Assembly: GCA_000004695.1 (NCBI GenBank)
Contig: CM000154.2
Location: 2,400,001-2,464,000 of the forward strand
Length of the DNA stretch: 64,000 nt
Source of the DNA: Dictyostelium discoideum
Taxonomy: Eukaryota
Direction: 5' to 3'
The notes under the pieces: generated by a model
Told to the model about the DNA's origin: nothing
The model's input: the letters and a program-made list of their open reading frames with translations, nothing else
Database searches by the model: none
In this document: one piece after another, positions 53,090 through 64,000 of the stretch
How positions within the stretch are numbered: position 1 is the stretch's first letter
Layout of the letters: each line of letters starts with the position of its first letter
Program-made: the position numbers and the translations under genes

Positions 53090-53879
53090 TTATTTTTTAA
53101 ATTCTTTAATTAAATATTTAATAGTTTGAGAAGATGACATATCAATTGGAGTTTTACTATCTTTATTTTCAATTGTTGTATCAGCACCATGTTTCAATAA
53201 ACATTCAACAACATCCTCATGATTGTATTCAGCAGCAATATGTAATGGTGTATCACCTTCATTATTTGTTGAATTTATATTTGCTTCACCTTTTAATAAT
53301 CTTTCAACTGTTGCAACTGAACCATTTGATGAAGCTCTATGAATTGGTGCTGATCCTGTATCATCTTTTCTATTCTTTGCTCCATGTGTTAATAATAAAT
53401 CAACAATATCTGATCTACCTTTTGATGATGCCTAAAAATAATAAATAAAAATTAATAAAATAAAATAAAATAAAATAAAATAAAATAAAATAAATAAAAT
53501 AAATAAATAGATAGATACATACATAATGTAATGGAGTTCTTTTTGAATCATTTACAGTGTTTGGATCAGCACCAAATTCTAATAATAATTTAACCATATG
53601 AGTATGACCAGCAGAGGTAGCACTGGTAAGAGGTGTCCAACCACCATCATCATTTGTATTTGGTGAACATTTACAATTATCCATTAAATATTGAGCTACT
53701 GATATTTGACCTTTTGCAGCTGCCCAATGTAATGGTGTTCTTTCATCTTCATCCTTACAATCTGCTTTAACACCTTGATTCTCGATTAAATCTTTAACTT
53801 CTAATAATTTACCAACTTTAACAAATTCTAATAAATCATCCTCTTTTGTACCACCAGTTCTAAATTTTGTTCCTGACAT
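53090..53879 (-). CDS. Ankyrin-repeat protein similar to the 26S proteasome non-ATPase regulatory subunit 10 (gankyrin). Exons 53523..53879 and 53090..53431, 232 aa
   Basis: There are 6-7 ankyrin repeats (TPLHWAAAKG, TPLHY.., APIHRASSNG, TPLHIAAEYN). A GTATGT donor follows ..TPLHY in phase 0, and the acceptor TTTTTAG is followed by ASSKGRSDIVDLLL. Confidence 0.7.
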
Positions 53880-54070
53880 TTTATTAATTATTTATTATTT
53901 AAATATATATTTATCTATTTATTTATTTATGTGTGTGGGTATTTAAATTAAAATAATAATAAAAAAAAAAAAAAAAAAAAAGTTATGTTCATTTTTTTTT
54001 TTTTTTTTTTTTTTTTTTCTAATTTTTTTTTTTTTTTTTTTAATTTTTAAATTTTAAAAAACAAAAGAAT

Positions 54071-55111
<1,041 letters not shown>

Positions 55112-55466
55112 ATAGAAAAAAAAAAAAAAAAAAGAAAAAAACTGATCACCTTCAATTCCTTTTTAAAATATCTGTAATAAAAAAAAAAACTACTAAATTA
55201 TTAATTTATTCTCCAAATCAAACTCTTTCTTTTTTTTTTTTTTTTTCAAACCTCCAATAAAAACTTCACTTTTATTGGAAAAAAAAAAAAAAACCAATAA
55301 ATAAAAATAAAAATAAAAATAAATCAAAAATAAAATAAAAAAAAAAAAAATGTAACTTCCTTTTTTTTTTATTTTTTTTTTATTTTATCTTTATCAATCA
55401 AAAACTTAAACACAATTTAAAAATAAAAAAAAAAAAATAAAAATAAAAATAAAAAAAAAAAAAAAA

Positions 55467-56419
55467 ATGAAAAGCAATGGTCATCCCTCAAATAATTCTA
55501 TAAACGAACCAATAAAGCAACAAGAAACAAAACAAAACAATAAATCCAGTCATAAAACTCCACATAAGCCACCATATTTAGCCCGAGCAAAATTTCAACC
55601 AAAAACATCCTCTTTTTCAAATTCTTCATTTCAATCATCAACTCCACCCAAACCACAGATTGCATTAAAATCCCCATCACCATCACCATCTCAACCAAAA
55701 ACATCCTCATCTTCATATTCTTCATTGTCATCCCCATCACCATCTCAACCAAAAACATCCTCTCCTTCATTACCATCATCAACTCCACCCAAACCACGAC
55801 AAATTGCATTAAAATCCCCATCATCATCATCATCATCTCAACCAAAAACATCCTCTTCTTCATATTCTTCATTACCATCATCGACTCCACCCAAACCACA
55901 GCATATTGAATTAAAATCCCCATCAACTGTTAAGAAATCACCAATTGTAAAGAAAACTAACTCCCCAAAAGGATCTAAATTTAAAAAAACAATTCGTTCA
56001 AGTCGTTCTACTCGTGCAGGGTTAACAATTTCAGTTTCCAGAGTTGAGAAATTATTACGAGGAAGAAGATACGTAAGTATTTATTATTTTTATTATTTTT
56101 TTATTTATTATTATATTAACTTTAATTTTTTTTTTTTTAAAATCAATCTCATAAATATTATAAGAGTAAAAGAGTTAGTCCAACTTCATGTGTTTTTTTA
56201 GCAGCTGTTTTGGAATATATGGTACTTGAATTATTGGAGTTATCTCTAAATGAACTTAGTCTTTCCAAAAAATCAAGAAGGATTAAGAATAGACATATTA
56301 ACCTTTCTATTTTAAAAGACGTTGAGCTCAGTGCTCTATTAAATGACGTTATAATTTGTAGTGGTGGTGTTTTATCCTCTATTCATCCAAGTTTACTAAA
56401 ACTAAAAAAAGATCAATAA
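55467..56419 (+). CDS. Divergent histone H2A-fold variant with a roughly 170-aa Ser/Pro/Lys-rich repeated N-terminal tail. Exons 55467..56072 and 56165..56419
   Basis: The tail has three tandem roughly 35-aa repeats (SPSPSQPKTSSSSYSSL.SSTPPKPQ.IALKSP). Then SSRSTRAGLTISVSRVEKLLRGRRY is followed by GTAAGT, and the acceptor aag at 56163-56164 is followed by SKRVSPTSCVFLAAVLEYMVLELLEL..SGGVLSSIHPSLL. Confidence 0.7.
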
Positions 56420-56762
56420 ACATCAATAATGATAAAAAATAATTTTTCTGGAAAATGAATGTTCATTTAAGTATAACTTTTTTTTTTCAGAAAAAAAAAA
56501 AAAAGTAAATTCTGTAAAGTATTCAAAATAATAATAATAATAATAATAATAATGATAAAAATAAAACATATGAAGATATTTCAAATAAAAAAAATGGTGG
56601 GGTCAATGTTTTTTCAATAATTATTTTAATTTCTGTGTGGTTTGAAGATAGTAAAATAATTTTTTTTTTTTTTTATTTCATTCTATTTTTATCTTTTTTT
56701 TTTTTTTTTTAATTAAAAAAAATAAAATATATAATAAATTAATTAAAATTAATTTTTATAAT

Positions 56763-57653
56763 ATGGATAAAGAAAAAACAATTAGAATTTTATATCCTCA
56801 ATGGCAAGGAGGAAATAATAGATTATATCCACTTGGATCAAAATTATTAGAATGGTTAGCACCAGAAAGTAAATTAAAATTAATAACTATTCCAGTAAAG
56901 GAACCACCAATATCAGAAAAAGAATTTAAACAAGTTAAATTAGAGAATGGTATTGTTTATAGAAAGGATATAATTGAATCAATGATAGAAGCAAGAAAAA
57001 TTATTGAAAATGAAAATCCTGATAAAATAGTTGTTTTTGGTGGTGATTGTTTAGTTAGTCAAATTCCATTTGATTGGATAAATGAAAAATATAATAATAA
57101 TGTTGGTATTTTATGGCTTGATACACATCCAGATGTTAAAACACCAAATGATTATACAAATTCACATGCAATGGTACTCGGTAATATATTAGGCGAAGGT
57201 GATAAAGAATTGTCATCTTTAATGAAATCAAAATTCTCTCCAAAAAAGGTAATGTATGGTGGATTAGTTGAAAAAGGTTTAACAGATCAAGAGATTGATG
57301 TAATTAATAGATTTAAATTAAGAATTGCTTCACCTGAATCTTTAAAAGATAATAGTGAATTAATTGAAAATTGGATAAAAGATGAAAATATTACAAATAT
57401 TGCAATTCATTTAGATTTAGATGTTTTAAATCCAGATTTATTTAGAGCTTTATTATTTGCTGATCCAATGCCGGAATTTAATTGGAGAGAAAATGTTCCA
57501 TTTGGTAAAATGACTCTAAATCAAATTTCAAGAGTAATTAATGATGTTTCTTCAAAATCAAATGTGGTTTGTCTATCAATATGTGAACATTTACCATATG
57601 ATGCTTCTAATCTTCAAAAAATGTTGGCATCAATTCCAATTTTAAATGAATAA
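56763..57653 (+). CDS. Arginase/agmatinase/formiminoglutamase (ureohydrolase) fold protein, 296 aa
   Basis: The three metal-site motifs are recognisable but variant: GGDCLVS (for GGDHS), LWLDTHPDVKTP (for DAHxD) and IHLDLDVLNP (for SxDxDxxDP). Confidence 0.6.
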   Translation: MDKEKTIRILYPQWQGGNNRLYPLGSKLLEWLAPESKLKLITIPVKEPPISEKEFKQVKLENGIVYRKDIIESMIEARKIIENENPDKIVVFGGDCLVSQIPFDWINEKYNNNVGILWLDTHPDVKTPNDYTNSHAMVLGNILGEGDKELSSLMKSKFSPKKVMYGGLVEKGLTDQEIDVINRFKLRIASPESLKDNSELIENWIKDENITNIAIHLDLDVLNPDLFRALLFADPMPEFNWRENVPFGKMTLNQISRVINDVSSKSNVVCLSICEHLPYDASNLQKMLASIPILNE

Positions 57654-57889
57654 TTTAATTATTTTTTTTTTCTTTTTATATATAAAAAGTAAAAAAAAAA
57701 AAACCAAATGTAGTAAATAAAAATAATTTTAAAAATAATTATTTGAATTTATTCTTATTTTTTATTTATATTAATTTATTGTTTTTTATTTATTTTATTT
57801 TTTTTAGTATAAATTATGAAAATAAAAAAAATAAATTTAGTTTTTTAAAATTAAAAAAAAAAAAAAAAGAAAGAAAGAAAAGAAATAAA

Positions 57890-58267
57890 ATGAAAAGAAA
57901 TAATAATTTAATAATACCACTACTAAAGATTAAAAAACTTTTAAAAAGAAAAGGATGTAAACGTATTCAAAATTCTGCATTAGTATTCTTTTCAAAAGTA
58001 TTACAATATTTAATTGAAGAGCTATTAGAGATTAGTATGAATGTTTCAATTTTAAATAAAACAAAGAAATATAGAATTAAACCAAAAGATATAAGTTGGA
58101 GTATTCAATCTGATCCAGAATTTAATTTATTATTTAGAAATATTATAATTCCATCATCAGGAAGAATTTCAAATAAATTGAATAGAATTATACAAAGATC
58201 ATTTAAATTTAAATCATTCAAATTTGATGACTATGAAAAATCAGATTATTCTTCAAAAACATTTTAA
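57890..58267 (+). CDS. Third divergent H2A-fold protein, 125 aa, with no long N-tail, single exon
   Basis: The first in-frame ATG is at 57890; the track start at 57743 is a TTG in low-complexity sequence. LIIPLLKIKKLLKRKG..ALVFFSKVLQYLIEELLEIS...YRIKPKDISWSI..PEFNLLF..IIIPSSGRI aligns over the entire H2A histone fold. Confidence 0.6.
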   Translation: MKRNNNLIIPLLKIKKLLKRKGCKRIQNSALVFFSKVLQYLIEELLEISMNVSILNKTKKYRIKPKDISWSIQSDPEFNLLFRNIIIPSSGRISNKLNRIIQRSFKFKSFKFDDYEKSDYSSKTF

Positions 58268-58396
58268 ATTAATTAATTTATAAATAAACAATTGATTTTA
58301 TTTATTTATTTATTTTTTAGTTATAAATTTAATTGTTATTATCTTCTTTTTTTTTTTTTTTCTTTTTTTTTTCTTTTTTTTTTTTAATGATTTTTA

Positions 58397-60459
<2,063 letters not shown>

Positions 60460-60642
60460 CTATCTAATGAAAATGTTGATTTAATTGATGTTGATTGTAA
60501 TTTACTTTAAATTTTTTTTTTTTTTTTTTTTTTTTATTATTATTATTTGGGTCCAATGGTTGATTGAGGTAATAACGAAAATGGTTGATTGAGGTGAAGA
60601 TGGTAATTGTGATAATTTTAAAAAATAAAAACAATAATATTT

Positions 60643-60673
<31 letters not shown>

Positions 60674-60809
60674 GAAAATAAAAATATTAATAACCCAAAA
60701 AAAAAAAAAAAAACCAAATATATTGTGTAATTTATTTATATTTATTTTATTTATATATATATTTATTTATTTATTTATTTATTCAAAAAAAATGAAATTT
60801 AATTATTAC

Positions 60810-60913
60810 CCATGTTGACTTTGGTCAATGTCACCTAAGATTGATGATAATGGATCATCATCTTGTTTACTTTTTTTATTTGGCCCATTCGAATCATTAT
60901 TTGAACGTTTCAT
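60810..60913 (-). CDS. Candidate additional 5' coding exon of the capping-enzyme gene (MKRSNNDSNGPNKKSKQDDDPLSSILGDIDQSQHG), joined through a roughly 350-nt intron
   Basis: A minus-strand ATG at 60913 opens a hydrophilic, NLS-like ORF that ends exactly at a GTAATA donor (phase 2). The acceptor GATAG at 60460-60461 lies 4 nt upstream of the annotated ATG and joins in frame (..QHG-G-VMNRIIEL). Without splicing, an in-frame TAA blocks upstream extension. Confidence 0.3.
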
Positions 60914-60933
60914 TGAATTTTATTGTTCTTTTA

Positions 60934-60964
<31 letters not shown>

Positions 60965-61602
60965 GCTATTTATATTTTATTTATGTGATTCGCTATGTTG
61001 CTTTTGTTATTTATTAATATTATTTGTTTGGTATTTTTTTATTTTCTTTCTTTTTTTTTTTTTTTAATAAATAATTCTAACCCAATAATAAAACAAAATA
61101 TTTGTAATTAATTAGGAGAGAGCAAGTAAAATGCAAACAAATACACACACCAAACAGATATTTAAAAATAATAAAAATGAATTTTTAAAAAATTCCTAAA
61201 AATTTAAAACAAAAAAAAAAAAAAAAAAAAATTGAAAAAATAAAAAAAAATAAAAAAAATAAAATAGTAAAAAAAAAAAAAACTATATTTATCTATAAAA
61301 TTTTTTGTTTATTATTTATTTATTAATAAAAGAGCTATTTATTGTTTGATCACTTTATGGTGTTTTTTTTTTCTTATACCAAATAAAAAAAAAAAATAAA
61401 AAATAAAAAATAAAAAAAAATAAAAAATAGAAAATAAATAAATTAATTTTGTGCATCAATTGTTTAAGCCAAAAAAAAGACTAAAAATAAATAATGATAA
61501 AGAAGTTTTAATTTTTTTTTTATTTTTTTAAATTTTTTTTTATTTTTTTTTTTTTTATTTTTTTTATTAATATTTATATATAAAAAATTTTAATTAATAA
61601 AT

Positions 61603-62705
61603 TTAATTAATTAATGGATCTTTTTCATCTTCTGGATTCAAATCTTTAACACGTTGTTTCATTTTAGCGGAAGGAATATTAACCCAACGATTTTTAATAT
61701 CGACAAGGATGATAATAATTTGAACAACAAAACATAAACAAGCGAGACCGAAAAAGACAAGTTCAGCAACGTGATAAGCATTTGGTGATGCGTATTTTGG
61801 TATTGGAATACATGAACTTGAGCCTGCTGTGGAGTTTGTATCTATATGATGTGAAGTGGAGCTTAATAAAGTATGATTTGATGGTGATGGTGATGGTGAT
61901 GAATGATGATCAGAAGAGGTTGCTGGTTCACATGATCCACTTGAATCTGAGGAGACTGGATTGGTGTTAAAGTGAGCAATGATTGCATTAATGATTAAAC
62001 CAAATGAGGCAACGGCTGCATTTTGACAAGCAAAAGCCAAACCATAGGCAGAACCTAAACTCTTGCTTGGTACTAAACATGGAATGGTAACCCAAATAGA
62101 AGCGGCCATAAAGGCATAACTTCCACCTAAAAATATGGCACCAGCCCAAACGTTGATATCACTGAATGCGAACAAACCATGAGCAACAACCAAGAGGGCT
62201 GATGCAAATGTGGTGAATGCAATATTGTGACCAGTACGATCAACGATGAAACCAATGATTGGTGATGAAACTGCTGCATAATAAGGTACTGATGCGATCG
62301 ATGTTGCTAAATCTGCTGAAATACCATATTTACTTTGGAAGAAATCTGCACAAATTGAAACGAAAACAAATAATGGTACATAAAATAATACGACTGATAA
62401 ATTGATTAACCAAAGAGTACCTGGGAAATGGAAAACATCTTTAAATGATCTTAAGATATCCATAAATGATGATGCTGTTGTTGTGTTTGGATCATCTTTA
62501 TCTTTTTTACCTCTAATAACATCAAGTACAACTAAAATAATACATGATGCAAATGAAATACCACAAACAATTGCACCAACCCAAATTGCTGCTGGTACTC
62601 TACTAACTTCATTATTTTCAATTTTTGGTGAGATTTGGAAATTAATTGCACTACCCTAAATTATTATTATTATTATTAAAAATGAATAAAATTAAATTAG
62701 TAAAT

Positions 62706-62784
<79 letters not shown>

Positions 62785-63352
62785 GATATTTACAATTCTT
62801 GAAAATGCAAGAGTAATTGCAAATGCAAAATTAATATCACCTCTACCTTTGAACCAAGTTGCACAAAAAGTTGATTGAGCAACACTAAGTGATTCACCAC
62901 CAAGACTATATAATTAAAAAAAAAAAATTTGTTAATGATTCCCTTTTCTCTATCTCTTCAATAATTGAATAATTAAGCACAATAACTAAAAACCAATACA
63001 AATATATAGATATATATATAAAATACATACCCAAAAATGGTTCTACCAACTAAAGCTAACCAAAATAATTTTAAGTTTGATGAAACTGAGAAAATGATTT
63101 GACCGGCCATAACTAAACAACAAAAAATGATTGCACCTTTTTTAAGACCAAAAACGTTATCAATAAAATAACCACCAAAAAATACAATAATCATATTTGG
63201 AAAACTGTATACTGAATATAAAAGATTCCATTTAACATTATCTACTTTATATAACTAAAAATAAAATGAAAAAAAAAAATTATTATTATTATTTTTATTA
63301 TTATTAGAAAAAAAAAAAAAAAAAAAAATGTTATTATTTATTATTTAATTTT

Positions 63353-63419
<67 letters not shown>

Positions 63420-63570
63420 TAATAGTTATAATACATACTGTTTCAATACCTGTTTGTAAAGCAGCTGGAATATCATAAATATAATAGCTACCTAATGTGA
63501 TTAAACAAATAAAAAGCAAACCGAAATAACGGAATGCATGTCCGAAAAAACTTGTCTTGTTTTCACTCAT
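61603..63570 (-). CDS. Major facilitator superfamily transporter. Exons 63439..63570, 63031..63254, 62794..62905 and 61603..62655, about 506 aa
   Basis: Twelve-TM-like hydrophobic periodicity is seen across the four exons. The MFS loop motif is ..WLALVGRTIFG/GLGGES.. and ..AFSRI/GSAINF... Donors are GTATGT, GTATGT and GTAAAT, and acceptors are TTTTAG, TATAG and TTTAG with consistent phases. The third intron carries an (AAT)n microsatellite. Confidence 0.7.
62711..62781. repeat. (AAT)n microsatellite of about 23 units inside the MFS transporter intron 3
   Basis: A direct read. Confidence 0.9.
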
Positions 63571-64000
63571 TTTATTTGTATATATAAATATTGTTATATA
63601 TATAAATAATTAATGTGTGTGTAGGGAAAAAAAAAAAAAAAAAATGAAAATTAAAAAAAAAAAAAAATAGATAAAAAAATTGAGACCCCTGGGATGATAA
63701 AAATTTCGTTTTTTTTTATTATTTTAAAAATTCAAAAAATTAATTTGAAAAAAAAAAAATAAAATAATTAAAATTAAATTTGATGAGAAATATCTAAAAA
63801 CCTTTCAAATATTCCAAAAGAGGACAGGATTGTAGTTAAATGATTTTAGAATAATCGATGCGACCTCATTCTTTTTTTATAATTTTAAAAGAATTAAATA
63901 ATTATTAGTTTAATAACCACTTATAGTCTTTTTTTCAAATTTTTCTACATATGGGCATAAAAATAAAAATAAAAAAAAAAATTAAAAAAAATAAAAAAAA

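Noticed and set aside
57743-57889. Upstream extension of H2A-like gene 3 given in the track
   Set aside because: It starts at TTG in poly-F/K low-complexity sequence. The first in-frame ATG is at 57890, immediately preceding the histone-fold alignment.
60828-61067. Plus-strand ORF MSPKIDDNGSSSCLLFLF...
   Set aside because: Most of it is a poly-F/K artefact. The minus strand of the same region gives a hydrophilic ORF ending at a splice donor that joins the capping-enzyme frame, which is the preferred interpretation.

Overview
The window is about 75-80% A+T, with long homopolymer-rich intergenic tracts, short GTAAGT or GTATGT ... AG introns, and CAA- and AAT-driven poly-Gln and poly-Asn coding runs. 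I read it as nuclear DNA of a Dictyostelium-type social amoeba, so bacterial feature classes such as CRISPR and operons do not apply. I find about 28 protein-coding genes on both strands, many with one to three small introns whose boundaries I derived by hand (exon ends are accurate to about +/-2 nt). Recognisable products include a long-tailed class I myosin of exactly 1111 aa (myoB-like) that sits between a membrane-anchored class I cyclic-nucleotide phosphodiesterase (Pde4-like) and a secreted class II phosphodiesterase (PdsA paralog, possibly pde7). Other calls are a CaMK-like kinase, a SHAQKYF Myb factor with extreme poly-Q and poly-N, a LITAF-domain protein, an enoyl-CoA hydratase, a geranylgeranyl-reductase-like flavoprotein, a hotdog thioesterase, an SDR, a WD40 protein, MTO1/GidA, a GRIP-domain golgin, gankyrin, a mitochondrial-type Thg1-like protein, an arginase-fold protein, an MFS transporter, and a TTM-triphosphatase/guanylyltransferase mRNA capping enzyme. 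The most unusual content is a 6.4-kb cluster of three very divergent H2A-fold histone-variant genes at 51.9-58.3 kb, the fused TTM-GTase capping enzyme with a possible unannotated 5' exon, and a small CENP-B/psq-type HTH ORF. There are also a six-copy near-palindromic tandem array in a divergent promoter next to an assembly gap and a transposon-like repeat, and several hairpin or inverted-repeat non-coding elements. No tRNA or rRNA genes were found by eye. The ORF track uses TTG as well as ATG starts, and many of its ORFs are low-complexity artefacts antisense to real genes.
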